A stretch of 64,000 bases of DNA from a virus: IMG/VR virus record IMGVR_UViG_3300034105_004543, positions 38,337 to 102,336 of that record, one strand, 5' to 3'. Of the stretch, positions 18,871-28,906 are shown piece after piece. Position numbers and translations under genes: made by a program. Below the pieces are notes generated by a model that worked only from the letters and a program-made list of their open reading frames with translations, made no database searches and was not told the DNA's origin. Each line of letters opens with the position of its first letter. The stretch's first letter is position 1.

Positions 18871-20412
18871 ATGACGGAAAAGGATATAAAAATAAATTCT
18901 ATAGCTCTCAATAACATCAAACTTGATGAGATGATTATGGTTGATAATGCGGATGGTTCGGAAGATCCTAATATTAAGAGGGAAACTAATTCCTCCGCAG
19001 AAAAAGCTACTGGTCTAAATTCTCCATTTGTTGTTATTAACGGATATAGCGTTTCCAGATACATGCGAAATTTCAGCTTGGACCTTTGCGGATTTATCCC
19101 AGTTATAAAATTTACTTTTGCCGCAGCGGATACTATATTTATGTCAGTAAATTATCCCAAGGATGGTGATATAGTTTCTGTTTATATAAGATCAGCAGAC
19201 AATTATTATAAACCATTTAGAATGGATTTTTTAATACTTAGTGTGCTAGGTGACGTTTCCAGTGCATATTCGGAGAGAGGAACAGATCCGGAGGGTGAAT
19301 ATTTTAGATTTAGTATTGTTGCTGAATGCTATATTCCTGGTTTATATAAGCAGAGAATAAAAGCATTTCCTAATATTCCTTCGATTGATGCTTTGTTAGA
19401 GGTGTCACAGGAACTGAATTTAGGATTCTCTACCAACGACAAATCCACTAATGATATAATGTCATGGATCTGTCCTAATTATTCATACTATGACTTTATA
19501 CAGGAAGTTTCAATTAGGGCATATAAGGATGATGAAACAAGTTTTTATGATTGCTGGATAGATTCTTATTATAACTTGAATTTTGTAAATTTAGGCTCAC
19601 AATTTTCTTTTGAAGGTATATCTAAAGAAACAGCTTATTTTACTCCTGGGTATACGCCTGATGGAATAAAGGTTGATGCTGCTGTTCCCGGAACACCAGC
19701 TCCAAAAACAGAAGCTGTTCCATTGGTTCTAACAAACTTTGCTGGTTCCAATATAACCCCATTTTTTATAAATGGTTATACATTAACATCCAGAGCCGGT
19801 AATAATTCAAATTCTATGGGTTATGTAACTAATATAGGATTCTATGATGATATAGATCAGAAGGTTGATCCGAAAGAAAAATATGTAAAATATAATATCG
19901 AGTCATTAACGACCGATGTAGTTTCCACCGGTATAATGTTACAAAAAGGTAGGGTTAGAAGTTCGGATTATAAGGAAGAAACAAGATCAGAGTGGTTAGG
20001 TGTCCTTAATAGATTTTCAGATGGCTCTGGTGTACATCAAAATTATTTGCATTCAAAATTTCAGAATTTAATAAATATTAATGATGTAACAAAAATAACA
20101 TTAGAAGTTGAGATTTCGACATATTATCCGGGTATAATAAGGGGACAAGTTATACCAGTTTCTATATATGTTACCAAATCTGGTAATAGACAACAGAACG
20201 TTGGACAGGTTCCAAATAATAAACCAAACAACACAAGTACACCAACTCTGGATTCGTTCCTTTCCGGTAATTATGTTGTTATGGGAATGGAAGTTACCTG
20301 GTCATCCACAGGTAAGATGCGGGAAAAATTGATATTATCTAAGAGAACATGGCAGGCTAATTCGTCTGGTCCGGTTCAAAGATCTTTCCCTAATAATATA
20401 GTGAATAAATAA
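18871..20412 (+). CDS. Putative baseplate hub protein (gp27/P2 gpD-like)
   Basis: Lies between the gp53-like and gp5-like genes; C-terminal 'IIRGQVIPV...FLSGNYVVMG...LILSKR' fits hub proteins. Confidence 0.55.
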   Translation: MTEKDIKINSIALNNIKLDEMIMVDNADGSEDPNIKRETNSSAEKATGLNSPFVVINGYSVSRYMRNFSLDLCGFIPVIKFTFAAADTIFMSVNYPKDGDIVSVYIRSADNYYKPFRMDFLILSVLGDVSSAYSERGTDPEGEYFRFSIVAECYIPGLYKQRIKAFPNIPSIDALLEVSQELNLGFSTNDKSTNDIMSWICPNYSYYDFIQEVSIRAYKDDETSFYDCWIDSYYNLNFVNLGSQFSFEGISKETAYFTPGYTPDGIKVDAAVPGTPAPKTEAVPLVLTNFAGSNITPFFINGYTLTSRAGNNSNSMGYVTNIGFYDDIDQKVDPKEKYVKYNIESLTTDVVSTGIMLQKGRVRSSDYKEETRSEWLGVLNRFSDGSGVHQNYLHSKFQNLININDVTKITLEVEISTYYPGIIRGQVIPVSIYVTKSGNRQQNVGQVPNNKPNNTSTPTLDSFLSGNYVVMGMEVTWSSTGKMREKLILSKRTWQANSSGPVQRSFPNNIVNK

Positions 20413-20427
20413 AATAATTGAAAGCCA

Positions 20428-22875
20428 TTGGGAGCAACAGATAAAGAGAGAAGTTTATTTCTAAAAGGATTTAAACTTTCTAAGCAAGGTCAATATGAAG
20501 ATCCAACATATTTAGGATTTAAGATTGTTATAGATTTTGGAAATCTACCTATAAATGGCGAGGACGGATTACCTCCTAGTCCACTCTTTAGAGAAACAAG
20601 TTATAATAACGATAGAGGTAATGATTTCTTTGGTAGGAATCCATTTGGACAGGAACAATACGATTTTAGGACCCAAACAAATACCTCTTTCTATAGTGCT
20701 ATAAGCTATTTGGAGGAGAGAGAAGCTGACTTTAGCAATTCTGGTGGTAAAAGAGCGGATATGTTAAAGCAATTCAAAAACACATTCAATGATTTATTAA
20801 CAAATTCCCCTTGGTTTATACAATCGATAACTGGTCTGGATGAGCTTATGAAGGTTCCTAGAGGTGGATATCAAACGCAATCCGAGACATCATCGGTATT
20901 TAATGTTCAAAGAACAATGGGCAAAACCTTAACTTTTAATACTTTGGAATCTATGAATCTTAGGGTAACAGCTATGGCAGACCTTTATAACCAAGCAACT
21001 TTCGATTATGATTTTATGCGTGAACTTGTACCAAGGAATCTTAGAAAATTTACGATGTACATATTTGTTTCTGAGATAAGAAACTTCTTTAAGACCTCGA
21101 GATTACTAGGGTCATCAACAGCTTTAACAGCACTAGACGGCTTATCTTCCCTGCTGGCTTCTGGTAATAACCCAGGAACCAATATCGCTTCTTCAACCAA
21201 CGTCGCTCAAGAACAAAATAAAACTTTTAGTAATGGTGGTCCAGGTAATATAAATCCTGCCAGTCCTTTTAACGCCTTCGTTGGTAATATATTTAATCAA
21301 GCTGGACTTGATAATGATTTTTCTTTATTGAAAAATCAACAGGACCAATCTGGTATAAAGCCTATGCTTGTTTTTGAATGTAAAAATTGTGAATTTGACT
21401 TCAGTGAAAGTACACCCATACAGAATCAATTGTATGCTGGTACCAATCAAGGTAGTGCCACTCCAGAAGCACAGAAGTTTAAAATACATGTTGGTAAAGT
21501 GAGAATGAGAAACCAATATCCTAATATAAGATCGGACGGTAAACCATTAATCCTTGGTGATAGCTGGGATTCCGCTAGATCATCCGTCCAAAAATCTCCT
21601 CCCGCTGACATAAATGATATATTAAGTGTAGGTGGTGAATTACTAACAAATTTTGTAAGTAATTCATTGAATGACCTTATAAATGAAGGTGTTACAAATC
21701 TTGCTAAAAATTTGGAGGGAATAGATAAGGCAATTTTAGGTAATGCATATAGTTTCAACCCAAGCGAGCTTTTGTCAAATCTTTCATTCAACAGTGCTCA
21801 GGATTTTCTTTCCCAACTAGGAGGAGCAAATATAGGAATAACCAAAACAACACTACCGAATCCGCAATCGATGGGTCTTGGTGGTCCTCCAAATAGGGTT
21901 TATAATTCACCCTCTGGTGATGCTTATCCAAAATCACCCGGAGGTGATCTTGGTCTTCCGCAAAGAATCTATAATGCACCTTCCGATGATGCTTATCCAA
22001 AATCACCTGGTGATGACCTTGGTCTTCCGCAGAGAGTTTACCCAGCTCCTGTTGGAGATGTATATTCAGAATCACCTGGACCTGATTTAGGTTTGCCCGA
22101 TAGAATCTATCCTGCTCCTGTAGGTGACGAATACCCAACATCACCAGGATCTGATCTTGGATCTCCGGATAGAATCTATCCGCCAACGACAGGTGACGAA
22201 TACCCAACATCACCAGGATCTGATCTTGGATCTCCGGATAGAATCTATCCGCCAACGACAGGTGACGAATACCCAACATCACCAGGATCTGATTTAGGTG
22301 CACCTGATAGGACATATCCGCCAACGACAGGAGACGAATACCCAACATCACCAGGATCTGATCTTGGATCTCCAGATAGAATCTATCCGCCAACGACGGG
22401 TGACGAGTATATTAAATCACCAGGACCCGATTTAGGTGCACCTTCACGAATATACAAATCTCCAAGTGGTGATGAATACCCAGGATCACCAGGACCTGAC
22501 TTAGGTTTACCCGGTAGAATTTATAAGAATGCTTCTGGCGATGAATACGTGGGATCACCAGGACCTGATTTAGGTTTACCCAACAGATCATATGAAGGTG
22601 TAAATGAAAATGTGTACCCGAATCAAGGGGTTGTTTCCGCTAATGGAAGATTGATAAACGAGAATAATAGTTTTCAACAATCACCAGGAAGTGTTTATAC
22701 TTCACCACCGATAAACACAAACCCAATATCAAGGGGAGATATGGGTAAAATATATCCACCCACAAGCGGGGACTTTTCTTTAGAAACACCACTAAATCTC
22801 GGGAACCTAAAGCCACATACTAAATATAATATAAGTACTGATGGATTTAATGGTGATATAAATGATTTTGAATAA
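20428..22875 (+). CDS. Putative tail/baseplate structural protein with a 23-aa tandem-repeat region (TTG start)
   Basis: N-terminal domain 'EDPTYLGF...PWFIQSITGLD...ESMNLRV...P.NLRKF.MYI'; C-terminal Pro/Gly-rich repeats. Confidence 0.55.
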   Translation: MGATDKERSLFLKGFKLSKQGQYEDPTYLGFKIVIDFGNLPINGEDGLPPSPLFRETSYNNDRGNDFFGRNPFGQEQYDFRTQTNTSFYSAISYLEEREADFSNSGGKRADMLKQFKNTFNDLLTNSPWFIQSITGLDELMKVPRGGYQTQSETSSVFNVQRTMGKTLTFNTLESMNLRVTAMADLYNQATFDYDFMRELVPRNLRKFTMYIFVSEIRNFFKTSRLLGSSTALTALDGLSSLLASGNNPGTNIASSTNVAQEQNKTFSNGGPGNINPASPFNAFVGNIFNQAGLDNDFSLLKNQQDQSGIKPMLVFECKNCEFDFSESTPIQNQLYAGTNQGSATPEAQKFKIHVGKVRMRNQYPNIRSDGKPLILGDSWDSARSSVQKSPPADINDILSVGGELLTNFVSNSLNDLINEGVTNLAKNLEGIDKAILGNAYSFNPSELLSNLSFNSAQDFLSQLGGANIGITKTTLPNPQSMGLGGPPNRVYNSPSGDAYPKSPGGDLGLPQRIYNAPSDDAYPKSPGDDLGLPQRVYPAPVGDVYSESPGPDLGLPDRIYPAPVGDEYPTSPGSDLGSPDRIYPPTTGDEYPTSPGSDLGSPDRIYPPTTGDEYPTSPGSDLGAPDRTYPPTTGDEYPTSPGSDLGSPDRIYPPTTGDEYIKSPGPDLGAPSRIYKSPSGDEYPGSPGPDLGLPGRIYKNASGDEYVGSPGPDLGLPNRSYEGVNENVYPNQGVVSANGRLINENNSFQQSPGSVYTSPPINTNPISRGDMGKIYPPTSGDFSLETPLNLGNLKPHTKYNISTDGFNGDINDFE
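21916..22605 (+). repeat. 10 x 69-bp in-frame tandem repeat (consensus GDEYPTSPGSDLGSPDRIYPPTT)
   Basis: Unit starts at 21916, 22123, 22192, 22261, 22330 and 22399 fit an exact 69-bp period. Central units are near-identical in DNA and the flanking units are diverged. Confidence 0.95.
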
Positions 22876-22877
22876 TT

Positions 22878-23555
22878 ATGCCTAGTGAAAAAACATACCT
22901 TGGACAGATAGTTGATATTAACGATCCTCTTAAGCAGGGAAGAGCCAGAGTTTCTGTATTTGGGTTGTTCGATGATTTAGCAGTTGAGAATATACCCTGG
23001 GCGGAACAAAATTCGTGTTTATCTTTTGGTGCCAATTATGGTGGCGGTAATATAACAGTTCCTAGATTGGGTGCTGTTGTATCTGTTCATTTTGAGGAGG
23101 AAAACTACTATAAGATAACATACGATTATATAAAGGAGCAATCCCATGATATTGCTGCCGAATTGCAAGAAGAAAATTCATACGAGGGAACGCAGTCTCT
23201 AGTTTATGATGGTGAAGCTCTCCCTGGTGCGCTTAAGATAATATACACTAGAAAGAAGGGTCTTGTCATATCCCTTGGCGATGCTAAGGTTCAATTGGAT
23301 ACACAAAATGGTGGTGAGCTTAGAATCGTTGTTAAAATGGGAGAGGATGAGATACGGATGGAAAAAAAGAAAGTAATCGTAAAGTGTGAAAATATAGAAC
23401 TTGGAGAAGGTGCTATAGAAAAGCTAGTTAAAGGTAGTACTTTCTTAAAATATTTCAATACCCACACGCACCCGACCGGAGTAGGTCCATCTGGAACACC
23501 CATTGTTAAAATGACTGATAAACAGCACCTAAGTCAGGTATCAAAAACTAAATAA
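22878..23555 (+). CDS. Baseplate spike, gp5/gpV-like (OB fold plus HxH apex; no lysozyme domain)
   Basis: 'YLGQIVDINDPLKQGRARVSVFG', 'IPWA', 'VPRLGAVVSVHF', and C-terminal 'THTHPTG'. Confidence 0.85.
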   Translation: MPSEKTYLGQIVDINDPLKQGRARVSVFGLFDDLAVENIPWAEQNSCLSFGANYGGGNITVPRLGAVVSVHFEEENYYKITYDYIKEQSHDIAAELQEENSYEGTQSLVYDGEALPGALKIIYTRKKGLVISLGDAKVQLDTQNGGELRIVVKMGEDEIRMEKKKVIVKCENIELGEGAIEKLVKGSTFLKYFNTHTHPTGVGPSGTPIVKMTDKQHLSQVSKTK

Positions 23556-23557
23556 TA

Positions 23558-25411
23558 ATGGCAGCAGATTGGGTAACATTCATAACTAAGGTTAGTGATA
23601 AATTGGGATCTCAGTCCATTAAATCCTATGATGAAATGGCGGATTTTCTTAAAAAGGAATACATCTCTGCGACAGTTGGTAAAGCGGCATCACCCTATGG
23701 GGAAATCCACGTCAAGGGAAAGGATAAAGTCATGTTGGATGGTTTTAAAAAGGGATTTAAGATGCTTTATGAGAAGGGCGATCTATCATTTGAGGATAAG
23801 CAAACAAATCCAGAATACGCAGATTTAGATGTGCAGCCACCTACTGTAGATATATCGGATGCTGCGGATCAGGTGGAACTTGATTTTAGAGATTGGACTG
23901 ATACAAACAAAGCGACAATACCAGATTTTACATATTCACAATTTTTTTCCCAATATCCAAATTTTCCCGCTGATAGGAATCAAGCAGTTATAGAGATAGC
24001 TAGAAAAATATTGCATCAATTTGATGGTACTGGTTCATATTTGCAATGGATGTATTCCTTGAGAACAGGAGCATACAGTAACTGGGGAAATTTAATAATG
24101 GATCAGGTGGTGAAATTAATAAAATCTGAAGTTGATCGTCCTCTTCAGCCCGGGGATCTTGTTAGAGGTTATGCGAAGTATAGGAACGCCGACACAATAT
24201 ATTTTGTTAAAACGATCGACGGTGGTATTAATGCAAGCTCATATACCACAACCGAACCTTCTGGATTCAACAGCGGCTTTGGAAATTTCACAAACCAATC
24301 GAGTTTAAAATTGAAAGATGCATTTAATTTAATAAAGGGTGATGTGAATGTAGATAGCATGGACCTTACTAGTTCAGCTATCGGTGTTACTAATAAAGAA
24401 AAATACCCCCTTGATAGAAGTGATCTTGTGGAGGGAAAAATTGTATCCGTATCTGGTTTGGATGGAGCTAAAACAACAAAAATATCAATTTTTAGTAAGC
24501 AGTATAATAGAACTTTAATAAAGACACTAATTCCAGGAACTATAAACAGAAAGCTAGATGTGAAGGAGATTGCTGCAAATTTGCCCTCAGTTTTACTAAG
24601 TGATAAATTATTACAAGAACAACATTATGCAAATCCAAAAAAAATACCTGATTATCTTACCGCTGAATTTATAACCACTTTTACATACTCTGCTAAATAT
24701 GATACTAAGTATTTGAAGGCCTGGCTGGGGTCAAATAATCTTTCGGATTCAATCATAAAGAAAATAGAATCTGAATTTGATGATTCATATCAGTATGCTG
24801 ATGAAATATTTGGCTTATTTTCTAATAATCTTGCAAGAAGTGGATTTTTTACTAGAAATATAAATTATCTGGGTGGAAATCAGTCAAATATAAATTATAA
24901 ATTCAATTTTAATTCAGAAAAGCAACGACGCGATCGAAATAAAAGAATCGAATATGGAGCGGAGGAGGAAAGATACAGAAATCTTAAAATTAGATGGATC
25001 AATGAGATAGCTGAGGAAGCTAGAAAAAACTCAGATCTAGATAAGCCCGAGGATCCTTATGATGTTATGGCTAAAGGGGTACTTGATTATTGGAAATCTT
25101 GTGCACAAAAACCACTATCAAAGGAACCCGCTGCTCCACCGTGTGTTATTTCCCTTCCGCAAGGTGGTCTTTACGTTCCTATATATTATGGAAGCCAGAC
25201 AATGCTTGGTAATAATATGAGAAGAGCTTTCAATACAGGAAAAAGATTTAATGAACCATTCGAAAAACCAATTGCTTCCAAATTGGTAGCATCAGCCCTT
25301 GCCTATTCTTTTGGTATGCATTTGCTCGAATTAAAATTCATTTATCGTGGTGGTATACCTGGTCCGAATGGTCCAGTTCCTATGATTGGCTTTATACCGC
25401 TCGTCTACTAA
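23558..25411 (+). CDS. Hypothetical protein, probably baseplate-associated
   Basis: 617-aa ORF starting 2 nt after the spike gene. Confidence 0.5.
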   Translation: MAADWVTFITKVSDKLGSQSIKSYDEMADFLKKEYISATVGKAASPYGEIHVKGKDKVMLDGFKKGFKMLYEKGDLSFEDKQTNPEYADLDVQPPTVDISDAADQVELDFRDWTDTNKATIPDFTYSQFFSQYPNFPADRNQAVIEIARKILHQFDGTGSYLQWMYSLRTGAYSNWGNLIMDQVVKLIKSEVDRPLQPGDLVRGYAKYRNADTIYFVKTIDGGINASSYTTTEPSGFNSGFGNFTNQSSLKLKDAFNLIKGDVNVDSMDLTSSAIGVTNKEKYPLDRSDLVEGKIVSVSGLDGAKTTKISIFSKQYNRTLIKTLIPGTINRKLDVKEIAANLPSVLLSDKLLQEQHYANPKKIPDYLTAEFITTFTYSAKYDTKYLKAWLGSNNLSDSIIKKIESEFDDSYQYADEIFGLFSNNLARSGFFTRNINYLGGNQSNINYKFNFNSEKQRRDRNKRIEYGAEEERYRNLKIRWINEIAEEARKNSDLDKPEDPYDVMAKGVLDYWKSCAQKPLSKEPAAPPCVISLPQGGLYVPIYYGSQTMLGNNMRRAFNTGKRFNEPFEKPIASKLVASALAYSFGMHLLELKFIYRGGIPGPNGPVPMIGFIPLVY

Positions 25412-25443
25412 AAAATCCTGCAATTTAAAGGAACTAAAGATGT

Positions 25444-25451
25444 GATATATA
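25444..25451 (+). promoter_or_regulatory. GATATATA putative late promoter element
   Basis: Octamer 43 nt upstream of ATG 25495. Confidence 0.5.
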
Positions 25452-25494
25452 GTATAATTAATAGTAATGTATAATCATCTAAAAACTAAAAAAA

Positions 25495-26655
25495 ATGAAT
25501 TCAGATTTCTTAGAAAATTTTGAATGGGAGCTACCTAACGGATTATCCCTCAATTCTAAAATCAAATCACCGGCAGGATCTAGAATATATTGCCACGAAC
25601 CTTACGCTGAGGAGCTAGCGAAACTTTATTTTTCGAGTAATGATAAATTTGAGGGCGGATCTAAGGATCTTTCCGATGGTGGAGTTTACACCTGTACAAT
25701 CGTAAGTGTTAAAGCTGATGAGGCTCTAGCTCAGACTGATTCAGGTCAAACGATTTATATCGATCTCAAAAGGGAGAGAAGAGATGCTGAAAAGTTGAAT
25801 ATAACTGGAATAGGTTTCTATCCTGGTGAAGAACTTAAAGCAAGAGTTAGAAAAATGAATGGAAGCTATTCAGGTTCCGTTATAGAATATTACATACACA
25901 GTCTTAGAGCTGAATTATTTGAGCAAATTAAGAAAGAAAGCAACGCTTATCTTATTAAGATTATTAGCATTAATAAAGGTGGATATATTGCTGAATTGTC
26001 AGGAATTAAATGCTTTATGCCTGGATCATTAGCAGCTGCAAATAAAATAACCGATTTTGAATCATACATCGGGAAAGAGATGCATGTTATGATTGAAGGT
26101 TACGTAGAAGCTAAGGATATATTTATTGTTTCTTACAAGAAATACCTTAATAGAATCATGGATTCTAAAATACAGGAGCTTGATCTTACTAAGAAATATA
26201 GAGGATATGTTACAGGAACAAGCGATTTTGGTGTGTTTGTTGAATGGGATGATATTTATACAGGTCTTATTCATAAGACTGAGTTTGCAGAGGGTAACAG
26301 TCTATCCGCTCTTTCACCAGGTATAGAAATAGAATTCTATGTTAAGGAGATCAAAGACAATAATAGACTGACTCTTACTTTGGACCAACCTCTTGAAAGA
26401 AACGTTATTATACAGGATCTTGAATCTCAGGTAAATGACGGAACTGTTGAACCGATGGAAGCAAAAGTTAAACATAAAAGAAAGAATGGCGCTCTAGTTG
26501 AAATTGGGGAGTTAGGACTTTTAGCGCTAATACCCCAAGATAAATTGGGTAAGAGAGGAAACAACATAAGGGTCGGTGACGACGTAACTGTAATTCCTTA
26601 CGAGGTTGAAACCATCTCGGGAAAAATATTCGTTAAAGTAGTAGATGTCGGATAA
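25495..26655 (+). CDS. Ribosomal protein S1-like protein (multiple S1/OB domains)
   Basis: S1 repeats 'NKGGYIAELSGIKCFMPGSL', 'GYVTGTSDFGVFVEWDDIYTGLIHKTE' and 'NGALVEIGELGLLALIPQDKL...VGDDVTV'. Confidence 0.8.
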   Translation: MNSDFLENFEWELPNGLSLNSKIKSPAGSRIYCHEPYAEELAKLYFSSNDKFEGGSKDLSDGGVYTCTIVSVKADEALAQTDSGQTIYIDLKRERRDAEKLNITGIGFYPGEELKARVRKMNGSYSGSVIEYYIHSLRAELFEQIKKESNAYLIKIISINKGGYIAELSGIKCFMPGSLAAANKITDFESYIGKEMHVMIEGYVEAKDIFIVSYKKYLNRIMDSKIQELDLTKKYRGYVTGTSDFGVFVEWDDIYTGLIHKTEFAEGNSLSALSPGIEIEFYVKEIKDNNRLTLTLDQPLERNVIIQDLESQVNDGTVEPMEAKVKHKRKNGALVEIGELGLLALIPQDKLGKRGNNIRVGDDVTVIPYEVETISGKIFVKVVDVG

Positions 26656-28051
26656 TAGAACACATTTTGATAAGTTAAATGCACTCAGCTCAGCCGTAAT
26701 AGGATTCGAATTTGAATTCTACACAGATCTTTTAAAAGGTAAGGCTGCTGAAGCATTATCCCAGCTTGTCAAAAAGAAAGTTATAGTTTCAGAAAAATAT
26801 CACTCAAAAACTCCTGTAGATGCTAATAACTTTAAGTTAGAACCCGATTATTCGGGTGGTAACAAAATGGTAGAGCTTATTACAGGACCACTTCCATATC
26901 TGGAGGCAATTCCAATTTTAATAAAAATATTAAAATGGATAGACGAGAATGGATGGACAAACGATAGATGTGCATTTCAATTTTCGGTAAGCTTCGATAA
27001 AAACAGAAAAGACGTAAAGGATAAAATCGAAACGATGGATAAACTTAAGTTTATATTAGGCCTTGATGAAGGTCTAATATACTCTAAGTTTGGTTCGAGA
27101 GAGAAGAACGTCTATGCAAAATCTGTAAAAAAAGTACTACCTAGAAATAGATTTTCAATACTTGAAAATATCACCACCATAGATCCTAAAATGTATAAAA
27201 TACCGGAGGACAAATATTATGGTGTAAATTTTACTAAAATGCCCAAAGGTTATATAGAATTTAGATATCTGGGTAACAGAGATTATCAGAAAAAAATTAA
27301 GGATATAAGAGAAATAATAGATTATATAATTCTCTATCTTTATGATCTATTAAGTGGTAGAATATCAGGTTATAGCAAACAGGACCTTGCTACTTTGCAG
27401 GGAATGATGAATAAATACGCTAAAGTTGTAAGGTCATTCAGTGATCCTGATATTTTTTTTAAAAATTATCCAGATTTCCATATATTCATAGATCTCAAAG
27501 GCTGGGACGAAAATGTTAAAACGTACTTCTTTGCGATAAGAGAAAAAATATTTGATCTCATAGTTGATGGTAATATAACATCATGTTATTTTAATTATGA
27601 CACGACTACGGGAAGATGCCAGATAAAAGAAGCTAGAAGTAGGGGAGCATTTGAGATTGAAGGTGTTGATCTTATATTATGTGATATAAAAAATGCAACA
27701 GTTAGAAATTGTAATATTTATAACTGCTCAATAAAAAAATCATGCATCGAGGACTCTGCCATTTTCGGTGGGACCAAGGTTATCTCATCGAAAATCAAAG
27801 CAACGATTGTTGATTTTAGTAATGAATTAAAAGATTGTTTTATTGATTGTGAAAATAAAAACATAAACTGTAAAATTGTTGGTGGTGTTTTTAGAGGCGG
27901 TATACTCGGTGATAATTCGGAGCTTAGCAAAGAAACGATGAAGGTAAAAGCTCCAGAGGATATAAGAATGACCAGATTTGTTACTGATAGCAGACTTAAG
28001 AATCTTAACGATCAGTACGGTGGTTCAAAGTTCGGTAATATGAACTACTAA
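26645..28051 (+). CDS. Amidoligase-like (COOH-NH2 ligase fold) protein with C-terminal beta-helix-like region
   Basis: 'IGFEFEFY', 'EPDYS', 'ELITGP', 'W...NG.T..RC', 'KYYGVNF', 'YIEFRYLG'; the C-terminus has short Ile/Cys-rich repeats. Confidence 0.65.
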   Translation: MSDNRTHFDKLNALSSAVIGFEFEFYTDLLKGKAAEALSQLVKKKVIVSEKYHSKTPVDANNFKLEPDYSGGNKMVELITGPLPYLEAIPILIKILKWIDENGWTNDRCAFQFSVSFDKNRKDVKDKIETMDKLKFILGLDEGLIYSKFGSREKNVYAKSVKKVLPRNRFSILENITTIDPKMYKIPEDKYYGVNFTKMPKGYIEFRYLGNRDYQKKIKDIREIIDYIILYLYDLLSGRISGYSKQDLATLQGMMNKYAKVVRSFSDPDIFFKNYPDFHIFIDLKGWDENVKTYFFAIREKIFDLIVDGNITSCYFNYDTTTGRCQIKEARSRGAFEIEGVDLILCDIKNATVRNCNIYNCSIKKSCIEDSAIFGGTKVISSKIKATIVDFSNELKDCFIDCENKNINCKIVGGVFRGGILGDNSELSKETMKVKAPEDIRMTRFVTDSRLKNLNDQYGGSKFGNMNY

Positions 28052-28065
28052 AATAAAAACTTAAT

Positions 28066-28854
28066 ATGACACAAGACGAATTAATACAGGAAATCACCGA
28101 TGCATTAAATTTTAGTTGTGCATTACCTTATAGCTTAAACGCAACTGAAATTGAAAGAATCATAAAAAGAGCTAAAGCCTGGTTTTATGATAATTATCAG
28201 TATGCTGTTGAGGATAGGGTTTTTGTTATAGCTAATAATATATTTGCTCATCCTGAATTTAAAAGAACACGCCAAATAACACTTCCCAAGTCAATAATAG
28301 GTGTATATGAAGTTAGAGAATTAGGTGGATCTGGAGTATCGGGAACACCGGATAGAGACTTTGGCGATTCTAAATTACTTGGATCTGAATTATTACTTTC
28401 CCCCTTCATGGGAGACAATATGGTTTATAGAACTGTAATGTATTCATACTTTGATCTAGCAAAAGCGTATCAACTGAATACCTTTGCATATAGATATAAT
28501 AAAAACACAAAAGCATTAACTATATTAGGTAGGGATCCGAATAGATCGGGTAAAGGCGGACAACAAGCCCAGCTTGCTCAGGGATTTGGTGTTGGTGGTA
28601 TTGATGTGTCTGTTAGATGCCATGTTGCTATTCCCGACGAATATCTTTTTGATGATGAGCTTTTTGTTAGATATTGCATAGCTAAGTCCAAAATATCGCT
28701 TTCGCAGATGCTTAGTGTTTTCACGTATAATCTTCCTGGTGGCGTTACTATAAACGCTAGTGAAATAGGATCTCAGGGAACTACCGAGCTTCAGGAGGTA
28801 ATGGACATGATAAATGGGGAAAACACAAGTTCTTACTTTTTGCAGTGGAATTAA
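28066..28854 (+). CDS. Neck protein, T4 gp13-like
   Basis: 'ITLP..IIGV', 'FVRYCIAKSK', and 'NLPGGVTIN...I...G..EL..V' signature. Confidence 0.75.
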   Translation: MTQDELIQEITDALNFSCALPYSLNATEIERIIKRAKAWFYDNYQYAVEDRVFVIANNIFAHPEFKRTRQITLPKSIIGVYEVRELGGSGVSGTPDRDFGDSKLLGSELLLSPFMGDNMVYRTVMYSYFDLAKAYQLNTFAYRYNKNTKALTILGRDPNRSGKGGQQAQLAQGFGVGGIDVSVRCHVAIPDEYLFDDELFVRYCIAKSKISLSQMLSVFTYNLPGGVTINASEIGSQGTTELQEVMDMINGENTSSYFLQWN

Positions 28855-28862
28855 CAGTAATC

Positions 28863-28899
28863 TAACGATATTTCTGATAATATATCAGAAATATCGTTA
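28863..28899. terminator. Perfect 17-bp inverted repeat between convergent genes
   Basis: TAACGATATTTCTGATA-ata-TATCAGAAATATCGTTA. Confidence 0.6.
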
Positions 28900-28906
28900 A
28901 TTATTT

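Noticed and set aside
21788-22393. 201-aa antisense ORF with repeats
   Set aside because: It is a shadow of the plus-strand tandem repeat, with no independent start signals.
21916-22605. CRISPR-like periodic repeat
   Set aside because: The units are contiguous, 69 bp (a multiple of 3), in frame and have no unique spacers. Much of the variation is synonymous, so this is a coding tandem repeat.
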